Below, piece by piece: positions 1 to 8,559 of a stretch of 64,000 nt of DNA (position 1 is its first letter; each line of letters starts with the position of its first letter). The stretch spans positions 24,278-88,277 of the forward strand of contig JAGAPG010000030.1 in NCBI GenBank assembly GCA_017623355.1. The letters are read 5' to 3'. The notes beneath the pieces were generated by a model that saw nothing but the letters and a program-made list of their open reading frames with translations, had not been told where the DNA came from and ran no database searches. A program made the position numbers and the translations under genes. The DNA is from Clostridia bacterium. GTDB taxonomy: Bacteria > Bacillota > Clostridia > Oscillospirales > CAG-272.

Positions 1-22
1 ACATATCGAAAGGAGCACCGCT

Positions 23-1078
23 TTGAAAGAAGAAAAGAATATTATAGAAGCAATATCTGAAACCATTGCAAATGCTGTCGGTGATGAAAATTTTACTCTG
101 CCGCTTGCAGCTTGGCAAACAAGTAATTCACAATCTGGCGAAATCAATGCTGTTTATGTTGAGGAGATCAAGGAGTATCAAGCTTCGCCTACTGCGCCTT
201 GCAATAAGGCTACTGCACTCAAGCTCTTAAAGCGTTTTGCACGAAAGGATTTTCGAGAGTTTTGGACTACGCCTGTTCTTGAATACCTTCCTGCCGTCAG
301 CGAGGGTACGATGAAGCTATGCGAAACTGTTTATCCGCACGATGAGGCGATATGCTATGCAAAAAAGTTAATTGCAACACTTTCGGTTAAAGAATTGGCA
401 AAAGATTTTCTCTACGGTGTCGCACATAATGCACCCGAATACAGAACAGCACTTGCTTGTTACTACTATATTAAAAACTTACCCGATCATGAGTTTGAGA
501 AAAAATACGTCGGATCGGTAGTCGGCAAGGACGGTGAATTTGAGGACAGATACAACGAAAATTTTTGTGAGATATGCGGATATCAGCACACTGTCAGCCG
601 AGAGCCAAAGATGCATTTTTGGCACATCAACGTTGACATGGAGCATTTCTATTTTAAAGCGTTAATTCCATTCAATTTTGATCTTAACACGGCAATCATA
701 TTTTTGGAAGAATACAAAACACTTCCGCACCCCATTCATTCCTTTGCGGATTACGAGCATTTCAAAAAAATTATTGAGGTCATAGAAAATTCACCTCAAA
801 ACACGACATCGGGAAAGCTACGTCGAGAATTGAAGCAATCCGGACTATTAGCAATGACAATGGAGCAGATCGAGGCGTTCATTGATATGTTGGGATACCT
901 CAATATTTTACATCCAAGCGATTCCTTCGGTGTTACCGCAGGACACATTTGTGAAAAAGATATGCTGTTACCGTTAAGCGACAGGGGTTATGCGGCTTAT
1001 CCCGTTAACCGTTGGACGAGAAAATGCGGAATTGACTATGATAGCATCTCAATGCTTTTCGAGGGGATTTACGAGTAA
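23..1078 (+). CDS. hypothetical protein (351 aa), no family recognised
   Basis: Long ORF with a TTG start 6 nt after AGGAG (12-16). It contains a CxxC (FCEICGY) and scattered His/Cys, but no motif I can assign. Confidence 0.6.
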   Translation: MKEEKNIIEAISETIANAVGDENFTLPLAAWQTSNSQSGEINAVYVEEIKEYQASPTAPCNKATALKLLKRFARKDFREFWTTPVLEYLPAVSEGTMKLCETVYPHDEAICYAKKLIATLSVKELAKDFLYGVAHNAPEYRTALACYYYIKNLPDHEFEKKYVGSVVGKDGEFEDRYNENFCEICGYQHTVSREPKMHFWHINVDMEHFYFKALIPFNFDLNTAIIFLEEYKTLPHPIHSFADYEHFKKIIEVIENSPQNTTSGKLRRELKQSGLLAMTMEQIEAFIDMLGYLNILHPSDSFGVTAGHICEKDMLLPLSDRGYAAYPVNRWTRKCGIDYDSISMLFEGIYE

Positions 1079-1082
1079 AAAA

Positions 1083-1165
1083 TATACCTTTTGGCTTTAC
1101 AACCCCTGTTTTTGGCATAAAAATATACCTTTTGGTCTTATGACCCATGTGGAAAGCGTCGTTTG
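1083..1165. repeat. intergenic repeat copy A (~83 nt, itself two ~41-nt sub-units starting TATACCTTTTGG)
   Basis: TATACCTTTTGGCTTTACAACCCCTGTTTTTGGCATAAAAATATACCTTTTGGTCTTATGACCCATGTGG... aligns by eye with 2025-2107. It starts 5 nt after the stop codon at 1078. Confidence 0.7.
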
Positions 1166-1378
1166 TCTGACGAGAAAATAAGCCCAAAACAGCTTAAAAT
1201 GGAAAAAATCAAGCCTTTTTGAGTGATTTTGAGATAAAAATCCAAAAAAACGGTGTCCAAAATCAAAAATGCCCTGATTTTTAGCAGGGACAAAAGTAAT
1301 TTTTGAGCAATGCTCAAAAGTGCATTTTACAGCAGTTTAGTATAACATATTGAAATAGAAAATGGAAAAGGAGAAAAA

Positions 1379-2023
1379 ATGAAAAAAATTGTTCTTATCG
1401 GGGATTCTATCAGGATGGGCTATGATAAATACGTCAAGGATGCGTTGAGTGGAATAGCCGAAGTCTTTTATCCTTCCGAAAATTGTAGATTTGCAGAGTA
1501 CGTTTTACGCTATGCGCATGAGTGGAAGGCAAATGGAGAGTGGGGCGATGATGTTGATCTCGTACATTGGAACGCAGGGCTGTGGGATGCATTGGAGCTA
1601 TTTGGTGACGCACCGCTTACATCAATATCTTACTATGGAGAAGCTATAACGCGAATAGACAAAAGACTTCGTATGCTTTTTCCAAAAGCTAAATTTGTGT
1701 TTGCGACCTCAACCAACGTAAGCGAAAAAATGAGCCATCCTGACTTCACAAGGCACAACGCAACCATAGAAAAATATAATGCTGAGGCGCTTCGTGCTTT
1801 GTCGAATACTGATACTGTCATTAATGATCTTTATTCGCTTACATCGTCCGTTCCCGATTCTTATCGTTCCGATTGGGTTCATTTTTACACGCCTGAGGGC
1901 ACGGAGTTGATAGGTGGCAAGGTTTTGTCTGTGCTTTGCGAGCTTCTTGATATTACATCCGAGCAGATAAACATCGAAAAATTCAAGCCGGAGAATTATT
2001 CAAAGAGCAATATCGGATACTGA
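1379..2023 (+). CDS. SGNH/GDSL-family hydrolase (esterase/lipase-like)
   Basis: N-terminal block I motif LIGDSIRMGY (GDS). The size (214 aa) and a late DWVH (block V D-x-x-H) fit the SGNH fold. RBS GGAG lies upstream. Confidence 0.75.
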   Translation: MKKIVLIGDSIRMGYDKYVKDALSGIAEVFYPSENCRFAEYVLRYAHEWKANGEWGDDVDLVHWNAGLWDALELFGDAPLTSISYYGEAITRIDKRLRMLFPKAKFVFATSTNVSEKMSHPDFTRHNATIEKYNAEALRALSNTDTVINDLYSLTSSVPDSYRSDWVHFYTPEGTELIGGKVLSVLCELLDITSEQINIEKFKPENYSKSNIGY

Positions 2024-2024
2024 G

Positions 2025-2107
2025 TTATACCGTTTGGCTTTACGCCCACCGTTTTTGGCATAAAAATATACATTTTGTACTCTTGACCCACATTGAGAGT
2101 GCTTTGC
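2025..2107. repeat. intergenic repeat copy B
   Basis: TATACCGTTTGGCTTTACGCCCACCGTTTTTGGCATAAAAATATACATTTTGTACTCTTGACCCACATTG... starts 2 nt after the stop at 2023. Roughly three quarters of positions match copy A by eye. Confidence 0.7.
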
Positions 2108-2153
2108 GTTTTATACAAAAACAAGATAATTCTAAATTAGAGGAAAGAATTTT

Positions 2154-2591
2154 ATGAATTTGAAGATTAAATTTTTTGACGAGCTTACGACTCGCGAGCT
2201 ATACGAGATAGTGCGCGCGAGAACTGAGATATTTTTGATGGAGCAAGGAATAATCTGCCGTGATTTTGACGGCTTGGATTATGATAGCCTGCACTGCTTT
2301 TTAGAGCAGGACGGAAAGGTGATAGCGTATCTTCGTGCACACCACACGGATAAGGATACCGTAAAGATAGGCAGGGTGCTTTCTATCACGCACGGGCTTG
2401 GACACGGCGCACGTTTGTTAAGAGAGTCTCTTGCTGAGGTTAAAAAACGCATGGAATGTAAAAACATAACCGTCAATGCGCAAAAGCACGCACAGGGCTT
2501 TTATGAAAAGCTTGGATTTGTTGTTATCGGGGCTGAATTTCTCGAAGAAAACATCGTGCACGTGCCTATGAGGCTTGACAAGCTTAAATAA
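2154..2591 (+). CDS. GNAT family N-acetyltransferase (ElaA-like)
   Basis: 145 aa. LYEIVRARTEIFLMEQ at the N-terminus and a GxGxG-like HGLGHGARLL acetyl-CoA loop are typical of ElaA-type GNATs. Confidence 0.8.
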   Translation: MNLKIKFFDELTTRELYEIVRARTEIFLMEQGIICRDFDGLDYDSLHCFLEQDGKVIAYLRAHHTDKDTVKIGRVLSITHGLGHGARLLRESLAEVKKRMECKNITVNAQKHAQGFYEKLGFVVIGAEFLEENIVHVPMRLDKLK

Positions 2592-2627
2592 TGTGAAAGA
2601 ATAGAATTTAAGAAAGTGGTAGACAAA

Positions 2628-4253
2628 ATGAAAGCTTGTGTTATTCAACCGAGATATTCCTTTGATGAAAAGGATATTGACAAGTGCTTTTGCGAGCTCA
2701 CTTCGTTGCTTGATAAATGCGATGAGAGTCTTGATATTATAGTGCTTCCCGAATACAGCGATGCCCCTGCAGACGTAAAGGGCAAAAACGGATTTTATTG
2801 CGCTGTTGATACATACGGAGAGAAAATTCTTGAGAAAGCAAAAAATACAGCAAAGAGATGTCATTCTCTCGTTTTTGTAAACGCAGGATATAAGACTGAA
2901 AACGGAGTCAGAAACACGACCTATGCAATAGATAGAAGCGGAAACGTTGTTGGCAAGTATTTCAAAGCTCATCCTGCTCCGAGCGAGGTAAAGACCGATA
3001 AGGAAGGCGGACACGAGCTTGACGTGTCATATAGCTACGAGAGCGCAGAGCCTTACGTTATAGAAATAGAAGGACTTCGCTTTGCATTTTTTACCTGCTA
3101 TGATTTTTATTTTTACGAGAGCTTTGCTCGCGTTGCGCGTGAAAACGTAGATATTATAATAGGATGCTCGCTTCAACGGACTGATACTCACGAGGCGCTT
3201 TCGATAATAAATAGATTTTTGTGCTATAACACGAATGCATATCTTGTCCGTTCGTCCGTGTCGCTCGGAGAAGCTTCGAGCGTTTGCGGATGCAGTATGA
3301 TAGTAGGCCCTGACGGAAAAGAGCTGCTTAATATGAAAAACGGTGTCGGTATCGGAGTCTGCGATATTGATCCTAAGAAAAAATATTATAAGGCGGCAGG
3401 TCATATGGGAGAAATGAGATCACATTATGAATATATCGAGGAAGGACGCAGACCTTGGCTTTACCGTAATGCCGGAGCGTCTGTCGTATTGCCTGATAAA
3501 ACGATGAAATATCCGCGTCTTTGCGCTCATCGAGGATTTAGCGCGATCGCTCCCGAAAACAGTATGATCTCGTTTGGCGCTGCCGTAGCGCTTGGGACGC
3601 AGGAGATCGAATTTGACATATGGAGCACGAGCGATGGAGTTTTGGTGTCCTCTCACGACAGCACTCTTGAGCGCGTCAGCACAGGAAAAGGAAAAATATA
3701 CGATCATACATATAATGAGCTTCTTGAGCTTGATTTCGGAATAAAGCACGGCGAAAAATTCAAGGGACTAAAAATACCTACGTTTGAGGAGATACTTAAA
3801 AAATTCGCATCTCGCGTTATAATGAACATTCACGTAAAGATTTGGGATGAGCGCTTTGAAAACGATATGCTTGAGGATATAGTTTCGCTTATCCGAAAAT
3901 ATGATTGTGCAGATCACGTTTATTTTATGACTACCAATGACGATATGATAAGAAAAGCGAGTAAGCTCGCTCCGGATATAAAATGCTGCGTCGGATGGGA
4001 CGGAAATACCGATCCGATGTCGATAGTAGACCGAGCTATTTCGTTGGGCGCGTATAAGGTTCAGCTTTTTAAGCCTTATTTTAATAAGGCAAGCGTTGAA
4101 AAGGCGCACGCTCACGGAATATTGTGTAACGTGTTTTACGCAGATGATCCGCGCGAAGCGGTAGAATATTTGGATATGGGCATAGATACCGTTCTTACAA
4201 ATGATTATTTAACGGTTTATAATGCTGTCAAAGATAAATATATACACATATGA
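2628..4253 (+). CDS. fusion protein: carbon-nitrogen hydrolase (nitrilase superfamily) N-domain plus glycerophosphodiester phosphodiesterase (GDPD) C-domain
   Basis: N-half carries the E-K-C triad context (VLPEYS, YFKAHP, FFTCYDFYF). C-half carries the GDPD signature CAHRGFSAIAPENS...EIEFDIWSTSDGVLVSSHD. Start chosen at ATG 2628; GTG 2616 is also possible. Confidence 0.8.
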   Translation: MKACVIQPRYSFDEKDIDKCFCELTSLLDKCDESLDIIVLPEYSDAPADVKGKNGFYCAVDTYGEKILEKAKNTAKRCHSLVFVNAGYKTENGVRNTTYAIDRSGNVVGKYFKAHPAPSEVKTDKEGGHELDVSYSYESAEPYVIEIEGLRFAFFTCYDFYFYESFARVARENVDIIIGCSLQRTDTHEALSIINRFLCYNTNAYLVRSSVSLGEASSVCGCSMIVGPDGKELLNMKNGVGIGVCDIDPKKKYYKAAGHMGEMRSHYEYIEEGRRPWLYRNAGASVVLPDKTMKYPRLCAHRGFSAIAPENSMISFGAAVALGTQEIEFDIWSTSDGVLVSSHDSTLERVSTGKGKIYDHTYNELLELDFGIKHGEKFKGLKIPTFEEILKKFASRVIMNIHVKIWDERFENDMLEDIVSLIRKYDCADHVYFMTTNDDMIRKASKLAPDIKCCVGWDGNTDPMSIVDRAISLGAYKVQLFKPYFNKASVEKAHAHGILCNVFYADDPREAVEYLDMGIDTVLTNDYLTVYNAVKDKYIHI

Positions 4254-4293
4254 GCATATGAACATATTTTAGAAAATTCATAGGAGAACAAAA

Positions 4294-5079
4294 ATGAAGG
4301 CAAAAGAGCTTATTGAAGAATTAAATAAAGGCGGATTTGCGCCGGAGATAACCTGTGATACTGTAAAATCGGGCGATCCCGAAACAGAGCTTAAAAAGGT
4401 AGCGGTTACTATGTTTGCGACTGTTGATACGGTTCGCAGAGCTAAGGAATGGGGCGCTGATATGATAGTCGTTCACGAGCCTACGTATTACGACCATATG
4501 GAAAATATAATTCCGTCGATAGTTGAGGAGAGAAAAAAAGCACTTATTGAGGAAAGCGGAATTGTGATTTATCGCTATCACGACCATATGCATCACAGAG
4601 CTAAGGATCAAATAACAGAGGGAGAGCTTTATTATCTCGGTCTTGATGGAGAGTTTGAGGTGACACCGTATTCTGCATCGTATATTTTTAATGCGAAATC
4701 TCCTATTAGCGCGCTAGAGCTTGCAAAAAGAATGGAAGATGAGCTTGGAATAGCACACGTAAGAATAGCGGGAGAACGAAATAAAAAATCAAGCTGTATA
4801 GCTACCTGCTTTGGAACACCGGGTGGAGTTTACGAGCTTCTTCGCGATGAAAAGGTGGAAATAGTGCTTACAGGAGAGGTGTGCGAGTGGAAGCTTGCAG
4901 AATATGCAAGAGACGCAGCAGCACTTGGTATTAATAAATCTCTTATAGTTATGGGGCATATAGGCTCTGAAAGAGACGGAATGCGCTTGCTTGCCAAGAG
5001 GATGCAGGAAAAATATACTGATTTTGAAACTAAGTATATTGAATGTGGCGAGGTATATACATATACGGATGCTAAATAG
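4294..5079 (+). CDS. NIF3-family dinuclear metal centre protein (GTP cyclohydrolase 1 type 2-like)
   Basis: 261 aa. Metal-ligand regions match NIF3/YqfO-type proteins (ADMIVVHEPTYYDH, YRYHDHMH, VMGHIGSERDG). Confidence 0.7.
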   Translation: MKAKELIEELNKGGFAPEITCDTVKSGDPETELKKVAVTMFATVDTVRRAKEWGADMIVVHEPTYYDHMENIIPSIVEERKKALIEESGIVIYRYHDHMHHRAKDQITEGELYYLGLDGEFEVTPYSASYIFNAKSPISALELAKRMEDELGIAHVRIAGERNKKSSCIATCFGTPGGVYELLRDEKVEIVLTGEVCEWKLAEYARDAAALGINKSLIVMGHIGSERDGMRLLAKRMQEKYTDFETKYIECGEVYTYTDAK

Positions 5080-5089
5080 GAAAAATACG

Positions 5090-7006
5090 ATGAAAAAACA
5101 AGACGGTAAAAATATAGCTTTTGAAAAAAGCAAATGGATATGGATTGACGGCGGCGACTGCCCTGATGAATATGCGGATTTCAAGGAAAAAATAGAATAT
5201 ACCGGTGAAAGAGTCTTTATAAACATTTCCTGTGATTCCGATTATACTCTTTATGTAAACGGGAAATACGCAGCCTCAAATCAATACGGTGATTTTGAAC
5301 ATTATAAAATATACGATACGGTAGATATTACGGAATATCTTAAAAAAGGCGAGAACGATATATACATATTGGGATATCATTGTGGAGTGGCAACGCAAAG
5401 ATACCGCCCTTATAAGGCAGGAATTATTTACGAGATCGTATCTGACGGAAAAATTGTTTGCGTAAGCTCTGAAAAGACGCTTTCGCGTAAAAACCCTGCA
5501 TATGAAAGCGGAAAATGCAGATTTCTTTCCACACAGCTTGGATTTACGTTTTCTTACGATGCTACAAGGGAAAACGATCTTGGATACAGAATGAGTGTAT
5601 GCGTAGATAAAAATACGGAATTTTATCCTCGCCCGATAAAGAAGCTTAGCATTCTTAAGGATTGCGAGCCCATATCGGTAGAAAAACGCGCCAAGAACCG
5701 TTATCTTGTTGATTTCGGAAGGGAGATAGTCGGCTTTGCATCTATCGATATATCGAGCGATACGGAGCAAATGCTCGAAATATGCTTCGGCGAGCATATC
5801 GATGACGGGGAAGTCAGAAAAATCATAGGAAACAGAAGCTTTTTCTTTGAATATAAGACTAAAATTGGACGGAATACCTTCACAGATCATATGCTTCGTC
5901 TTGCCTGTCGTTATATTGAGATTTTTTCCGAGGATGAAATAATTATTAATAATATAATGCTTGTCCCTCAGGCTTACGAGGTTAAAGAGGTGCCTGTAGA
6001 GCTTGAAAATGCGCTTGATAGGGATATATATAAAATATGCGTAAATACTCTCAGCCTTTGTATGATGGAGCATTATGTGGATTGTCCGTGGAGAGAGCAG
6101 GCGCTTTATGCGTTTGATTCAAGAAATCAGATGCTTTGCGGATACTATGCCTTTGAGAACGGAAATCTTGAATATGCAAGAGCTAATTTAAAGCTTATAG
6201 GCATGGACAGACGCGAGGACGGGCTTTTGTCAATATGCTATCCCTGCGGAACATCGCTTGCAATACCGTCGTTCTCTCTTTATTATCTTATAGCAATGAG
6301 CGAATATACAGAGCATACACTTGATACAACGCTTGCAAGTGAAATGATGCCTAAAATGATCTCGGTTTGCGATGAGTTTTTTGCACAAATGAAAAACGGA
6401 CTTATAGAAAAGCGCAGGCTGGACGGAATATGGAACTTTTACGATTGGTCGGAGTATCTTGACGGATCTTCAAGGGATGGCGCGGATCTTATAATAAATT
6501 GCCTCTTTGTAATTGCTCTTGATGCGCTTGAAAAAATGTGTAATGCTACAAATAAGGTGTTTCCGTATCCCGAAAGGGCAGATGAGCTTCGTAAAAGAAT
6601 AAAAGAAGAATTCTTTACACCAAACGGATATAAAATGCACAGAGATAAGGAAGAATATACTGCCCTTGGAAATTCTCTTGCGATAATTTCGGGAGTTGAG
6701 ACGGAAAAAGCCTCGTTTCTTTGCGACAAGCTTGTAAACGGAGATTTTACCGAGATGTCGCTCAGTATGAGAATATTTAAATATCAGGCGCTTTTACAAA
6801 CTGATAGTGAAAAATATAATGGCTTCATTCTTGATGAAATGAGAAAAAGCTATAAAAAAATGCTTGATTACGGCTCGTCAACCGTTTGGGAAACCATAGA
6901 CGGAGCAAGCGCGTTTGATAACGCGGGGAGTCTTTGTCACGGTTGGAGTGCAATACCTGTGTATATTTATCATAGGCTAGGAATGGTGAAGAAAAAATAT
7001 GAATAA
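5090..7006 (+). CDS. GH78-like (alpha-L-rhamnosidase-related) six-hairpin glycosidase
   Basis: N-terminal KWIWIDGG and central VDCPWREQALYAFD resemble the rhamnosidase N-domain and the DCPxRE catalytic-domain motif. The start was moved to ATG 5090, because the track start at 4991 overlaps NIF3. Confidence 0.55.
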   Translation: MKKQDGKNIAFEKSKWIWIDGGDCPDEYADFKEKIEYTGERVFINISCDSDYTLYVNGKYAASNQYGDFEHYKIYDTVDITEYLKKGENDIYILGYHCGVATQRYRPYKAGIIYEIVSDGKIVCVSSEKTLSRKNPAYESGKCRFLSTQLGFTFSYDATRENDLGYRMSVCVDKNTEFYPRPIKKLSILKDCEPISVEKRAKNRYLVDFGREIVGFASIDISSDTEQMLEICFGEHIDDGEVRKIIGNRSFFFEYKTKIGRNTFTDHMLRLACRYIEIFSEDEIIINNIMLVPQAYEVKEVPVELENALDRDIYKICVNTLSLCMMEHYVDCPWREQALYAFDSRNQMLCGYYAFENGNLEYARANLKLIGMDRREDGLLSICYPCGTSLAIPSFSLYYLIAMSEYTEHTLDTTLASEMMPKMISVCDEFFAQMKNGLIEKRRLDGIWNFYDWSEYLDGSSRDGADLIINCLFVIALDALEKMCNATNKVFPYPERADELRKRIKEEFFTPNGYKMHRDKEEYTALGNSLAIISGVETEKASFLCDKLVNGDFTEMSLSMRIFKYQALLQTDSEKYNGFILDEMRKSYKKMLDYGSSTVWETIDGASAFDNAGSLCHGWSAIPVYIYHRLGMVKKKYE

Positions 7007-7784
7007 ATATGCCTTTAAAATAAAATTTCTCGGCACTTGTGCTTGCGATTTTTCAAGCAAGCTCAATGCCGAGTTTAAAAACAGCTTTGATCTCGATGCC
7101 CGCAGGTCGTCCTCTATGCTCATAAATAATACTTATCTTGTGGATGCGGGAGATCATATTCTTGATTCTTTAAGAATAGCAAATAAAAATGCAGAGGACA
7201 TTACAGACCTTTTTATAACTCATACACATAGTGACCATTTTAATTGTGAAAATATAGCATCGATTGCATCTGAAAAAAGCGAGCCATTACATCTATATAT
7301 AAGAGAGGACGCGCAGATAGACGATATTGCAAATGTAGACATAATAAGAATGACGCCGTATAAAAAATATTGTGTTGGAAACGGCTTGACCGTCACTGCT
7401 CTTTGCGCTAATCACGATCCTGAAACCGCGCCGTCACACTTTCTTTTTGAGAGGGACGGAAAAAGCATTTTTTACGGATGTGATGGGGCGTGGCTGCTTT
7501 GCAGAACATATAATTTTTTGAAGGGTATGGAGCTTTCACTTGCGGTTCTCGACTGTACTGTGGGAGATTACGAGGGAGATTGGCGTATGGCTGAGCATAA
7601 CAGTATTCCTATGATACGTTTGATGCTTCCCTCGCTTAAAAATGCTAAAATAATAAATTCCGAGACAAAAATATGCTTTTCTCATATAGCGCCGTCGCTT
7701 CATAAGTCTCACAAGGATACGGAGCTTATAGCAAAAGAGCTTGGGGCGTATGTCGCATATGACGGTCTTGATATGGAGGTATAA
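6999..7784 (+). CDS. MBL-fold metallo-hydrolase
   Basis: HxHxDH motif (ITHTHSDHF). Overlaps the upstream gene by 8 nt. Confidence 0.75.
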   Translation: MNKYAFKIKFLGTCACDFSSKLNAEFKNSFDLDARRSSSMLINNTYLVDAGDHILDSLRIANKNAEDITDLFITHTHSDHFNCENIASIASEKSEPLHLYIREDAQIDDIANVDIIRMTPYKKYCVGNGLTVTALCANHDPETAPSHFLFERDGKSIFYGCDGAWLLCRTYNFLKGMELSLAVLDCTVGDYEGDWRMAEHNSIPMIRLMLPSLKNAKIINSETKICFSHIAPSLHKSHKDTELIAKELGAYVAYDGLDMEV

Positions 7785-8498
7785 ATGAAAATAGGACTTT
7801 TTACAGATCCGCATTATTGCGATAAGGATATGGTAAGCTCTACAAGATATCATTCGCTTTCTTACAACAAGATAAAGGAAGCTATGGATTACTTTAAGGA
7901 GCAGGGAGCAGAGCTTGTTATATGTCTTGGAGATCTTGTCGACGATTGCGGAAGCCGAGAGGAAAATATAAGGAGTATAAAAAAGATAAGTACTCTTATA
8001 AATTCGTATGGGATCAAATTTTATTCGCTTATGGGAAATCACGATTATCAAAATTTCACAAGAGAGGAATTTGATCTTTATACAAACGGAGCCTATCCGC
8101 CATTCTGCTTGGAGACTGACAAGGCAATTCTCGTTTTTCTTGACTGCAATTACGAGGATACCGGAAAAATATACGAGGTAGGAAAGGTTGATTGGACGAA
8201 TGCTTTTTTGCCTTCTGATCAGCTTTCAAGACTTGGTGAGATATTGGATAGCGAAGAAGAAAAGAAAATAATAATCTTTGTGCATCAAATCATAGAAGCA
8301 GGAATCGATAATAACCACACCGTGCGAAATGCTAAGGAAATACGCAAGCTTATAGATTTGAGCAATAGCTGTATTGAGGTGATTCAAGGACATTATCACG
8401 CCGGACATGACGGAATTATAAACGGAGTAAGCTATCACACCCTTCCCGCTATGTGCGAGGGCAAGGAAAACCGTTTTGAATTACTTGATATGGTTTGA
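7785..8498 (+). CDS. metallophosphoesterase (calcineurin-like)
   Basis: Motifs DPH (FTDPHY), GDLVDD, GNHD and VHQ...GHYH. The start abuts the upstream stop with a 0-nt gap. Confidence 0.75.
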   Translation: MKIGLFTDPHYCDKDMVSSTRYHSLSYNKIKEAMDYFKEQGAELVICLGDLVDDCGSREENIRSIKKISTLINSYGIKFYSLMGNHDYQNFTREEFDLYTNGAYPPFCLETDKAILVFLDCNYEDTGKIYEVGKVDWTNAFLPSDQLSRLGEILDSEEEKKIIIFVHQIIEAGIDNNHTVRNAKEIRKLIDLSNSCIEVIQGHYHAGHDGIINGVSYHTLPAMCEGKENRFELLDMV

Positions 8499-8512
8499 AA
8501 ATTGAAAGAGTA

Positions 8513-8546
8513 AAAGAAAAACACGAGGTTGCCCTCGTGTTTTTTG
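8513..8546. terminator. bidirectional intrinsic terminator
   Basis: Stem ACACGAGG/CCTCGTGT (8521-8528/8533-8540), flanked by an A-run and a T-run, between convergent genes. Confidence 0.8.
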
Positions 8547-8559
8547 TTATTTAAACTAA

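Noticed and set aside
990-1187. Two ~60-aa ORFs (both strands) across the 3-prime end of the first gene and repeat copy A
   Set aside because: They overlap a longer, well-supported ORF and the non-coding repeat, and have no RBS.
4991-5089. Upstream extension of the GH78-like ORF overlapping the NIF3 gene; similar extensions at 25804-25878, 17804-17890, 58064-58135, 22368-22385 and 28349-28375
   Set aside because: Internal ATGs with proper RBS spacing remove the overlaps. In one case the extension contains the promoter.
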